A stretch of 64,000 bases of DNA from an uncultured Actinomycetota bacterium (GTDB lineage: Bacteria; Actinomycetota; Actinomycetes; Propionibacteriales; Nocardioidaceae), in NCBI GenBank assembly GCA_963759885.1, contig CAVXBA010000001.1, forward strand, positions 268,323 to 332,322, read 5' to 3'. Below are positions 9,831 to 19,188 of the stretch, piece after piece. Below the pieces are notes generated by a model. That model was not told where the DNA came from and did not search any database. It was given only the letters and a program-made list of their open reading frames with translations. Each line of letters opens with the position of its first letter. Positions within the stretch are counted from its first letter, which is position 1. The position numbers and the translations under genes were made by a program.

Positions 9831-9954
9831 CCCGCACCCTTCCCGCCCATCGCGAGGGCTGTCGAATCTTGACAGTCAAGACACACCGGGCGTACACCCG
9901 TGAGGGAGGGTTCCGCGGCACGGCTGGGCCGTCCCACCATGTGTGGGGGTAATC

Positions 9955-11004
9955 ATGAGTGTCGACTCCGCCGTGGCCGATTCGAGATCGGTCGCGACTG
10001 CGGCCGCGGCCTTGCTCCGATCGGTGCGAGGCCAGGGAGCGGACGTCCAGACTGCCGTGGACCACCTCGAATTGCAGGCCCGGCGAACCATCGAGTCGTC
10101 GGTCCAGGGCTTCGACGCTGCGGACATCGACGTCAGCGAGGAGGACGTGCTGGCGGAGGCTCTCTCCCAGATCGGGATCGGCGTGACCCTCGTGACAGCG
10201 GAGTCGGCACTGGAGCAACCGCAAACGGTGGACCAACTTGACCGTGCCGTCACGTCCCTCGAAGCAAACGCGACAACGCTTGAGTCAGGCGGCGCCGTCG
10301 AGGCTGCGACCCACGGGTTCGATACAGCTCCCGATGGTGTCCTGCTCTCTGTCGACGACGCCGCGATCCAATCCCTCGACGAGATGTCCGCGACCGCCGC
10401 TGACGTTGCCTCGACCCTCCTCGACAAGGCCCGGAAACCGTTGATGACGTCAGTGCCCGAGCCGCTTCGCAACCCTGTTACCGCCCACGCGGACCAGATC
10501 GCGGGTCGGCTCCTGCGCTGGGGCCTTCGCGCCGTCGCCCGTGGACTGGACCTCCTGCTGAATCTCGTCGACCTCGCCGCGATCGAACGGGCACGCAACA
10601 AGCTCGAACGCATCCTGGCGGGCCTCGACCAGGGGGACGAACCGCACGTCCTGATGGCGTTCGCGATCGGAGCCCAAGAGGTCCGCGACCGGCTGGCACC
10701 GCCCGCCGGCGACTCCCGCTCCTCCGTCGACGACGCACGGCGCCGAACCGTTGAGGATCTCGCCGCGCTCGCCGACCGGTTCGCACGGCTTTGCGTCGTG
10801 CTGCGGCGGGTTGCCGCTGCCATCGTCGGGCTGGCCGGTGCGCTGGCCATGGTCCAGATCACCCTGCCGCACGCGACAGCAATCTCGATCGTCGGGCTCT
10901 GCCTGGTGCTCGGTGCGGTCGTCGTCCTCGGGAGGGACTACACCGGCGCCACTGATCTTCCTGGACGGGTCCGCGGAGTACGGTTCCTCGTCGGCGGGGC
11001 CTGA
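9955..11004 (+). CDS. Hypothetical tail-anchored membrane protein (operon gene A)
   Basis: Track ORF 9943..11004. ATG 9955 follows a GGGGG RBS-like run; GTG 9943 is also possible. The N-terminal ~290 aa are acidic, Ala-rich and helical, with no signal peptide. Two C-terminal hydrophobic helices: VAAAIVGLAGALAMVQITLP and ISIVGLCLVLGAVVVLG. I recognise no family. Confidence 0.7.
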   Translation: MSVDSAVADSRSVATAAAALLRSVRGQGADVQTAVDHLELQARRTIESSVQGFDAADIDVSEEDVLAEALSQIGIGVTLVTAESALEQPQTVDQLDRAVTSLEANATTLESGGAVEAATHGFDTAPDGVLLSVDDAAIQSLDEMSATAADVASTLLDKARKPLMTSVPEPLRNPVTAHADQIAGRLLRWGLRAVARGLDLLLNLVDLAAIERARNKLERILAGLDQGDEPHVLMAFAIGAQEVRDRLAPPAGDSRSSVDDARRRTVEDLAALADRFARLCVVLRRVAAAIVGLAGALAMVQITLPHATAISIVGLCLVLGAVVVLGRDYTGATDLPGRVRGVRFLVGGA

Positions 11005-11005
11005 C

Positions 11006-12151
11006 ATGCCAGTCGATCAGGGCAATCTGCTGGCGCTGAGGACAGCGGGCGAACGCGCCCGGATGCAGGACCTGCAATCGCTGCTTGCCCACAGCCTGGC
11101 CTCACCGGATGACGATCAACGACGCACGGCGCTCTCCAACCGCATCGACGATCGCGACAAGTGGGCTGCTGACCTGCACGGCCGTCCGGACGCCTGGGAG
11201 GAATGGCACAGCCAGGCCAGGTCCGCCGACACCCTCGTGGACGAGATCGTCGCCTTGCTGATGACCCGTCTTCTTCGTTCCGAGGGACTCGACGGTGGCG
11301 CCTTCGACTCGGCAGAGGCCTTGATCCATGAACTCACTCAGGCCGCGGGGGTGAAGCCTCTCGTCCTGGCACACACCCAGGAGATGGAGTCGATCGACCA
11401 CACCCGCAGCACCGTGTCCTTGCGGTTCCCGGGGTCGCGAATCTGGGATGTGCCATTCCTGGGTCACGAGTTCGGTCACCATGCAGTCGAGCAGGTTCAC
11501 CACCTCGAGCCGGCACTCTCGGATCGCAGGCCACTGCAGGAGATTGCAGACGCCACCGCCCAAACCCTCTCGGCAGCGGGCGAGACCGCCGACCGTTCGC
11601 GGAAGCACGCCGACGAGCTGATGGCAGATGTCCTCGCCACGATCAGCTGTGGGCCCACGTACCCCGTCGCCTGTCTTGTGCTGCGTGTTCCGGGCGACGC
11701 CCAAGCCTCCCGCGCCAGCAGCAGCCACCCCTCCTGGCGCGACCGGGTGGCGGTGATGCGCGAGACGCTCGACGCACTCACCGACATCACCGGCCACGCC
11801 CGCTACCAGCAACAGCGAGAGACCGTCGTCGATCCCCTGGCCTGTCAGGTTGTTGGCTCTCACCCCGCTGTCGCCGCCGCCGGAGAGCTCGCCTCGCGAC
11901 AAGCTGTCAAAGCCGTTCTCAAACACCGACCCGACCTCGTCTACCGCGATGCCGACCGCGCGATCCAGGTCTCGGGGCAACTTTCGTCGAAAGCCGAACG
12001 CAGGCTCCCCGAAGGCGCGTCGGTCCGCGCCATCGTCGACGGGGCGTGGCGCTGGCGACTTTCGCATCCCGGAGATGAGGAAACCACGATCGCAGGCATC
12101 GCCACCGGGTGGTGCCGCACGGTCCACGCAGCCCGAGGAGCCCCACGATGA
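11006..12151 (+). CDS. Hypothetical zincin-like metallopeptidase (HExxH), operon gene B
   Basis: ATG 11006 lies 1 nt after the gene A stop (TGAcATG). Motif IWDVPFLGHEFGHHAVEQVHH, with a downstream HADELMADVLATISCGP helix. Cytoplasmic: no signal peptide or TM segment. The fold assignment rests on motifs only. Confidence 0.7.
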   Translation: MPVDQGNLLALRTAGERARMQDLQSLLAHSLASPDDDQRRTALSNRIDDRDKWAADLHGRPDAWEEWHSQARSADTLVDEIVALLMTRLLRSEGLDGGAFDSAEALIHELTQAAGVKPLVLAHTQEMESIDHTRSTVSLRFPGSRIWDVPFLGHEFGHHAVEQVHHLEPALSDRRPLQEIADATAQTLSAAGETADRSRKHADELMADVLATISCGPTYPVACLVLRVPGDAQASRASSSHPSWRDRVAVMRETLDALTDITGHARYQQQRETVVDPLACQVVGSHPAVAAAGELASRQAVKAVLKHRPDLVYRDADRAIQVSGQLSSKAERRLPEGASVRAIVDGAWRWRLSHPGDEETTIAGIATGWCRTVHAARGAPR

Positions 12152-13614
12152 CCGAGACCGCTGATCTGCTCAAGATCCGCCTGGACGCGCTCGAGCTCGA
12201 CATCGCCAAGGTCGGACAGTGTGTGGACGTTGCCAAGAAGCGCGGTCTGCTGCTCGAGGACGCCATGGATGCGCTCCGCCCTCAGAAGCGAATTCTCAAG
12301 GCCTTGTCGGGTCGTCTCAACGACCTCGCGGACGCCATGGCCGAGGAACCAGAGCTCCGAGAGAGCCTCGCCGACGCTGTCATGGGACTCGACCAGGAAC
12401 TGCTCAAGGCACCCAAGATGATCGCCTCGGTCATCGACGCCGTCGGCGACACGGAGAACCGGCTCACCAAAGTGATGGCTACCACGGTCACGCTCGAGGA
12501 CGAGAACCTCACGCGCTTGCAGTCCAGCCTCAACCAACGCTGCGACAAGGTGAGGGACAAGGTTGTCGCACTGCGGCGCAAGGTGGAGGTCACCGGCGCC
12601 GATGAACGACGACTCCAGTGGCTCGAGTACCAGCAGCTGCTCGAGGACCAGGCGCGTCCGGTCTTCATGGAGTACGTCGACTTCCTCGGCGGTCTGACCG
12701 TGAGAGACACCGGCCTCGACGACCAGGTCTGCGAGATGACCGATGCGCTGCTCACCCGCTTCACGGGAGCGACGAACAAGTCACTTCCGCTGCCGGCTCG
12801 ACAGGCCGCTTTGGGCAGTGCGCTGGACAGCATCGTGCTGCTCGGTTTTCCCGAATGGTCGATCTGGGGCATCCCGTTGGTCGCGCACGAGGTCGGACTG
12901 GCCTACGCCAAGGACCGCAACAACCCAGCGCTCGCAGAGCTCATCGACCGCTTCGTCCTGAAGCGAACCGCACCCGACCAGACGGCCGGAACCCCGGGTA
13001 CGCCAGGCCGGACGAAGAACTATGTCAAGGAGCTTCTCGCTGATGCGTTCGCCGCGTACACCTTGGGGATGTCCTACGCGTGCGCGGCGCTGCTGCTCAG
13101 GTTGAGCCCTCGCCACGACGAGCCATACGATCCCGAGACGCCTCACGACATCGAACGTGCGCGCGTCATCATGCTGACCATGCTCATCGGCGGTGACACC
13201 GCCCCGCAGGCCGGTGGGTCGTTCACTGACGACGTGTCGAGGCTCGAAGAGACCTGGCGGAAAGCCGTGTCGGCGCACGCCGGCCCGGCAGCCGCAGCCG
13301 AGGCAGTCCAGGAGTCGATCGGGCCACCGCCCGAGACTGATTGGGTCGACGACTTCACCGAGGCGGCGGTTTCTCATTTCCGCCAGATGACCATGATCAT
13401 TCGGCCGTACGACGACGAGCGATGGAGGGCTTCGGAGCTCTGGTTGGAGGCCCTTCGTGAACAGACTGTCCCCCCAGGCTGGAACCCGGCCAGCGACGCC
13501 GTTCCCGATGTCCTGACGGCCGTCTGGCGTCTTCGGCTGACCCAAACAAACGACCCTGACGAACTCGCGAGCCAGGTCAAGCAGCTGTGGGTCGAGACCG
13601 GACGAGGAGGCTGA
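12148..13614 (+). CDS. Hypothetical coiled-coil protein, catalytically degenerate paralogue of gene B (operon gene C)
   Basis: ATG 12148 overlaps the gene B stop (ATGA), with a GAGGAG RBS upstream. About 170 aa of heptad-rich N-terminus. IWGIPLVAHEVGLAYAKD aligns with the HExxH block of B but lacks the second His. KELLADAFAAYTLGMSYACAALLLRL aligns with DELMADVLATISCGPTYPVACLVLRV of B. Confidence 0.7.
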   Translation: MTETADLLKIRLDALELDIAKVGQCVDVAKKRGLLLEDAMDALRPQKRILKALSGRLNDLADAMAEEPELRESLADAVMGLDQELLKAPKMIASVIDAVGDTENRLTKVMATTVTLEDENLTRLQSSLNQRCDKVRDKVVALRRKVEVTGADERRLQWLEYQQLLEDQARPVFMEYVDFLGGLTVRDTGLDDQVCEMTDALLTRFTGATNKSLPLPARQAALGSALDSIVLLGFPEWSIWGIPLVAHEVGLAYAKDRNNPALAELIDRFVLKRTAPDQTAGTPGTPGRTKNYVKELLADAFAAYTLGMSYACAALLLRLSPRHDEPYDPETPHDIERARVIMLTMLIGGDTAPQAGGSFTDDVSRLEETWRKAVSAHAGPAAAAEAVQESIGPPPETDWVDDFTEAAVSHFRQMTMIIRPYDDERWRASELWLEALREQTVPPGWNPASDAVPDVLTAVWRLRLTQTNDPDELASQVKQLWVETGRGG

Positions 13615-13615
13615 C

Positions 13616-16600
13616 ATGGCGATCTCGCGCGAAGCATCGCAGGACCGACTCCGAACGCTGAAGACAGGCACGCAGCGTCACCGCCCTTCGGCGTCCCCAT
13701 CGGCCGACGTCGAGGTCAGTCGGGTCCTGGCCGCGGTCGACCAAGGTGACGAAGACGTCGCCCGTTCGATCCTTCGTCCGATGGGTGGGTCGGCGGGTGG
13801 TCTCCGCACCCGAGTGGAAACTGAGCTCGAAGGCCTCACCGCGCGATCTTCCATCAGCGCTGAGCTGCAGGCGCTGGCCTGGGATGTCCTCTCTCGGTCA
13901 CGCGAGGCACATGGCCGTCACCACGACTCGCTCGAGGCCGCCCGTAACGCCTGGGACACGGCACCGTCACCGGCTCGATCGGCGCGGGTTGCGCTCCTCA
14001 CCCTGCGGTTCGTGGACCTCGATGAGGCAGGCGCCCTCGTCGCCGAAGGCCTGAGGACGTGGCCTGACGACGTGGATCTGCTCAGTGTCGCCGCACTTAC
14101 GGCGTTGGACCTCGGCAACTACGACGATGCCGGCGACCTTCTGGAGCGCGCCTATGAGCAGGACAGCCAACATCCCCTGATGCTCTCAGCGAGGGCGCGC
14201 TTCCTGATCCAGGCCGAGTCGCCGGAGCAGGCGTTGGTCTACGCCCGGGAAGTGGTCAGCGCCGAGCCGGCTCTGGGCCGGGCACTGGTCGCGGTCGCGC
14301 GCAGCGACGCCCAGTCGCTCGACGATGACCCGGGCGTCGTGGACGCCGTCTTGGCAAATCTCCCAACGGACTGGTGGGTGCTGAACAGGTTTGCGCTGGT
14401 GCTCATGACGATCAACCGACTTGACGACGCCCTGGGAGTCCTCGACCACGCGGTTGCTCTTGCGCAGCATCAACCCGTCGTGGTGGGCACCCGTGGCTAT
14501 GTGCAGGCGCTGCGCGGAGATCTGGACTCCGCTGACAGGGATCTCGGGTTGGCCGCTGAGAAAACCGGTGATCCGCAGCTGATGTGGGTTCGTGGCGAGG
14601 TCGCCAGGTTGCGCGGGGACTACACAACGGCGGTTACCGTCTTGTCGACGCTCTCGTCGGACGAGATTCCTAGCGTGGACACGTCCCTCGGCTCGGCCCT
14701 CACCGCTGCTGGTGACCTCCAGGGCGCGCAGGCGGCGTACGAGCGGGCCCTAGGTCGCAACCCGGACGATGTCGAGGCGCTGTGCGGGTTGGGTCAGATC
14801 ATCATGGGTGACGGCGACCTCGCTCGATCAAAGGACTTGTTCGAACGTGCTCGGGCCATCGACCCGCTGCAACCCAGTGCCCATGCTCTGGTCGCCGAGG
14901 CGATGCGACGAGACGGCCACGAGCTCGAGGCGCTCGAGGAGTTCGACCGCGCGCTGGAGCTCAGCCCCAGCTACGCGTACGCCTTGGCCTCCAAGGGGCA
15001 GGCACTTCTCTCCCTGGAAAGGCTCGAGGAGGGGATCGAACTGCTGGGGAAGGCCGCCGTGTCGGCCCCAACAACCGCCTGGATCCTCGACGAGCTCGTT
15101 CACGTGGTCGAGGCAGAAACACCAGCGACGGCGGACAGCGTGTTGCGACAGGTCCAGCGGACGATCCGTGCCGCGCAAGGGGACACCGACCCGCTCTGCC
15201 TGCGCAGGGCACGGCTGGCGACACGGCAAGAGCGTTGGTCCGATGCAGAGCGACTCTTCGGAGTAGTTCGACGCACGTACACCGCCGATGCCGGCCTGGC
15301 AGGGGAGCACGCCGACGTGTTGGCGGCCATGGGTCGGCAGACGGAGGCGCTGGGCGTACTCAGTGACATCGCCGATCCGGACGCTGATCTGCGGTGGCGC
15401 AGGATCGATCTGTTGTGGGGCCTGGACCGTCTCGATGAGGCGCACACGGAGCTCGAGCAGCTGTACGACGCCGATAACTCTCCACCTCTGGTGGCGGCCG
15501 CACTCGGCGAGATTCACCGAACCAAGGGGCGTCGCGACCAGGCTCGGCAACTCCTCACATCCGCGCTCGCCAGCGATCCCGAACACGTCTACACGCTGGC
15601 CTCCCTGGGTGCGCTCGAACGTGATGAGGGCAACCTTCAGGAGGCACGCAAACTGTTCAGCAAGGCACTCGAGAAGGACCCCACGTACGCCTTCGCTCTG
15701 GGTCTGTTGCTCACCATCGAGATCGAGACAGGCAACGAGACCGCTGCGCGTGACTTGCTTGAACGCGTCACATCCGAGGACGACCGTGCGCTTGTCGGGG
15801 TGCGTGCCAGTGGTCTGACGGAGCTCGGCGAGTTTGCGGCCGCGTGGCAGATCTGGGACGACTTCGCGATCGAGTACGGCGATGACCCCGATCTGCTACG
15901 TGCCCGAGGTTGGCTGGAGGTCGCCATGGGTCAGACCCAACGGGCGGCACGAAGTTTCCGTGCCTCTGCTGAGGTCGAAGACGTGCCATGGGGGTTGCTG
16001 GCCTCGGTCGACGGCCTGCTCAGGGTCGACCAGGTAGACGTCGCGCTGGAGCACATCGAACGCCAGCGAGACGGCGGGAATGTCTTCTGGAGGTCCGCCT
16101 TGGCCATGGTTTGGTACCACGTCGGCGGGTGGCCCATGTCCGCCAGGCTGGCATCCGCGGGCGCTGCCGCGAGCCCCACGAGCGGCCACATGGCCATCGT
16201 GGCCGCACACGCCCTGCGAATGGACCACCGTCTGGACGAAGCTGTCACGTACGCTCGTGCGGCTGTCAACCTCGCGCCCAACTACACCGCCTGGCTGGTG
16301 ACGCTGGCCGAGAATCTGTGGCTCACCCAGGACGTGGAGACCGCCACTGACGTGTTCGCGGACGTCCTCGAACGGCTTGAGCGCCGAAGCTTCCTCGAGC
16401 CCGACGAGCTGAGCCGCAAAGCCTGGTGCTTGCTTCGGTTGGATCGCCTGGACGAAGCGGCGGACGCGATGCTGCGTACGCTCAGCGCCACGGACCAGAC
16501 AGCGGAAGCCCTGCTGAACCTTCTCCTCATCACCTTGATCAAGGGCGACGCTCAGCAGGCCGAGATGCTGACAGTCCGCATCGCGCGTGAGCTGCGAACC

Positions 16601-16863
16601 GTGCGGCAGTCACGCGCCCGCGGTCTGCTCAGCACTTTCGCCTTCAACCTCCGCTCCGTGGAGGACAGGGTGCCGGAGTCGTCTCGACCGACAGCCAGGC
16701 GTGCACGCGATCAGTGCCAGGACGAGCTGCGCAAGCTGGACAAGGTCCTCGAGGAGGTCACCGCCAAGACGCGATGGGCCACGGATGAGAGCGCGCAAGA
16801 GCCAACGTGCCGGCACAGGCCCGCGCCCCCCAGGTCGACAGTCGGCAGGACATGCACACCTGA
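13616..16863 (+). CDS. Large all-TPR repeat protein, about 1080 aa (operon gene D); 3' end uncertain
   Basis: ATG 13616 lies 1 nt after the gene C stop (TGAcATG, GAGGAGG RBS). Repeated A..Y..AL...P motifs, e.g. AQAAYERALGRNPDDVEAL, ARKLFSKALEKDPTYAFAL and EEFDRALELSPSYAYAL. The literal track ORF runs to 17536, antisense through the next gene. Frame quality decays after about 16790, and a hairpin at 16874-16906 follows a TGA at 16861 in another frame. Confidence 0.75.
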
Positions 16864-16873
16864 CCGCTGTCGA

Positions 16874-16906
16874 CCGGCACCTTTCCGCAGCCGCGGGAGG
16901 TGCTGG
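16874..16906 (+). terminator. Hairpin between convergent gene D and the aldo-keto reductase
   Basis: CCGGCACCT-tt-CCGC-agcc-GCGG-g-AGGTGCTGG gives a 9+4 bp stem, with one G-U pair on the plus-strand RNA. No U-tract follows. Confidence 0.45.
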
Positions 16907-16914
16907 TCAGGGCG

Positions 16915-17940
16915 TCAGCTGCTGCTCGAACCGGCCCACAGGTCGATGCCGGCATTCACGGCGTACTCGTCGATGCGCTCGAGCTCCTCGTCGCTGAAGG
17001 CCAGGTTGTCCAGCGCCTTGACGTTCTCCTCGAGCTGCTTGACGCTGCTGGCGCCGATCACCAACGACGTCATCCGCTCGTCCCGGAGCGCCCAGGCCAG
17101 GGCCAGCTGGGCCAGCGACTGCCCACGGTCCTCGGCGATCGCGTTGAGTCCCCGGATCCGGGCCATGTTCTCGTCGTTGAGGAAGCTCCTGTCGAGGCTG
17201 CCTTCCGACGCCGCGCGCGATCCTTCGGGGATGCCGTCGAGGTACTTCCCGGTGAGCATGCCCTGGGCCAGGGCGGTGAAGCCGATGCAACCCGCCCCGA
17301 CCTCCTCCAGCGCATCGAGCAGGTCGGGCTCGATCCAGCGGTTCAGCATCGAGTACGACGGTTGGTGGATGAGCAGCGGCGTACCGAGGTCGCGGAGGAT
17401 CGCGGCGGCCTCGCGGGTGCGCTCGTCGGAGTACGACGAGACCCCGACGTACAGCGCCTTGCCCTGGCGGACCGCGCTGTCCAGCGCGCCCATCGTCTCT
17501 TCGAGCGGCGTGTCCGGGTCGAAGCGGTGGCTGTAGAAGATGTCGACGTAGTCCAGGCCCATCCGCTGCAAGGAGTCATCGAGGCTGGACAGCAGATACT
17601 TGCGGGACCCGAGGTCACCGTACGGGCCGGGCCACATGTCCCACCCGGCCTTGGTCGAGATGACCAGCTCGTTGCGGTACGGCGCGAGGTCCTCGGCCAG
17701 CAGCCGACCGAAGGCCTCCTCGGCGGCGCCGTAGGGAGGGCCGTAGTTGTTGGCCAGGTCGAAGTGCGTGATTCCGAGATCGAACGCCCGCCGGACGATG
17801 GCGCGCTTGACCTCGGCGTCCCGGTCGTCGCCGAAGTTCTGCCACAGACCCAGCGACAACAGCGGGAGCCGGAGCCCGCTGCGTCCGCAGCGCCGGTAGT
17901 CCATCGAGTCGTAGCGGTCGTCAGCGGCGAGGTAGGTCAC
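16915..17940 (-). CDS. Aldo/keto reductase, YghZ/Gpr-like (L-glyceraldehyde-3-phosphate reductase family)
   Basis: Inside track ORF 16915..18057. GTG 17940 gives VTYLAADDRYDSMDYRRCGRSGLRLPLLSLGLWQNFG, matching the YghZ-type N-terminus. Other AKR blocks: HFDLANNYGPPYG and IHQPSYSMLNR. Confidence 0.88.
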   Translation of the reverse strand: MTYLAADDRYDSMDYRRCGRSGLRLPLLSLGLWQNFGDDRDAEVKRAIVRRAFDLGITHFDLANNYGPPYGAAEEAFGRLLAEDLAPYRNELVISTKAGWDMWPGPYGDLGSRKYLLSSLDDSLQRMGLDYVDIFYSHRFDPDTPLEETMGALDSAVRQGKALYVGVSSYSDERTREAAAILRDLGTPLLIHQPSYSMLNRWIEPDLLDALEEVGAGCIGFTALAQGMLTGKYLDGIPEGSRAASEGSLDRSFLNDENMARIRGLNAIAEDRGQSLAQLALAWALRDERMTSLVIGASSVKQLEENVKALDNLAFSDEELERIDEYAVNAGIDLWAGSSSS

Positions 17941-18034
17941 GCCGCCAGTCTGGCAAAGGACTGACAACCCGGCACATCCGCACCAGGGAGGTAGCCCGGC
18001 GGGGCGGGTCAGGTCCGCCTGACATGATCGGTCC

Positions 18035-18361
18035 ATGGACGTTGCCTCGATCCACACCCTGGCCGAAGACCAGCTCGCGCTCGCAGTGCAGGCGCCAAGC
18101 GGGCGGAGCTCCGCCCGTGTCTACGGCCGACCGACCGCGCGATTGCGCCAGACCCTCGTCGCGCTTGCCGCCGGCCGCAAGATGGGCGAGCACAAGAGCC
18201 CCGGCGACGCCTCGCTGCTCTGCCTGCAAGGCGGCGTGATCCTCCATGCCGGTGATGCCAGTGTCGAGCTCGGGCCAGGCGATCTGCTGGCGCTCCCGCC
18301 TCAGCGACACGAGATCGAAGCGGTCAGTGCTTCGGTCCTCCTGCTGACCGTCGCGCACTGA
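18035..18361 (+). CDS. Small cupin-domain protein
   Basis: Track ORF, 108 aa. GEHKSPGDASLLCLQGGVILHAGDASVELGPGDLLALPPQRHEIEA is a cupin-like beta-barrel pattern. Confidence 0.55.
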   Translation: MDVASIHTLAEDQLALAVQAPSGRSSARVYGRPTARLRQTLVALAAGRKMGEHKSPGDASLLCLQGGVILHAGDASVELGPGDLLALPPQRHEIEAVSASVLLLTVAH

Positions 18362-18386
18362 CCTGCAGCGCGCTGCAGCCACTGTC

Positions 18387-19179
18387 ATGAGCCGGGACGA
18401 TCAGGCCGACGCCGCGCTCGGAGCTGCTCGGGCTCGGCGCTGGTGGGTCCGGGGCCGCCGGATCCGGTCCATCGAGCGAGCCGCGACGTTCATCGATGAC
18501 GTCGGCTTCGCTCTGCTGTTCCCGAGCGAGCGGCTGCTGGTGCCGACGCTGTGGGAGGCGGTGGCCGGTGAGGATGCCGAGCCGTTCGCCACGGGGATGG
18601 ACGCCGATGAGCAACGCGTGTGGTCGTGGAAGGACGAGCTGCCCCGGCGTGGGCTGGCCTGGTACGGCGGGTTCGTCGGCGGCCGCGGATCGTTCCTGTC
18701 CCCCGGTCTGCTCCAGCTGCTCTATCCGGGCGACGGCACGGAGGACGACCACCAATCGCTCGACCTCTCCCCGACAGCGCACGAGATCGCCCTGGCGCTG
18801 GTCGACGGTCCGTTGCCGAGCGCGACCTTGCGGGTGCTCGTCGGCGACCGCAACCGCTACCAGCGCGCGGCCACCGAGCTGCAGCGCAGTCTGATCGTCA
18901 CGACGGCCGGCGTCGTCGAGCAGTCCTCGGGTTGGCCCTCGTCCGTGCTGGACCTGACCTGCCGTCGCTTCGAGGTGGGAAGCGGACGCGATCCCGCGGC
19001 AGCAGCCGATCGATTCCTCGACGTCATCCTCCAGGCTCGGGCGGCGGACCTGTCACGGGCGCTGCGGTGGACGGTGCCCGAGGCACGGCAGACCCTCGAT
19101 GCCTTGGTGGAGGTCCGGCCAGGCGACCAGGCAGGGCAAGGTCTACCGCCCCGTGCCCACCCGGTCCGGCAGGGGATGA
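18387..19179 (+). pseudogene. Conserved hypothetical (winged-helix, AlkZ/YcaQ-like?) protein; +1 insertion near 19108-19113
   Basis: Track ORF 18387..19235. After ..ARQTLDALVE the natural-looking end GQATRQGKVYRPVPTRSGRG* (stop 19177-19179) is in the +1 frame. The family call is tentative. Confidence 0.55.
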
Positions 19180-19188
19180 TGGGCGGCG

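Noticed and set aside
16917-17536. Extension of the TPR ORF (track 13616..17536) across the aldo-keto reductase.
   Set aside because: The region is antisense to a full-length, motif-rich AKR gene. It lies beyond a hairpin, and its translation is low-complexity and Arg/Ser/Pro-rich.
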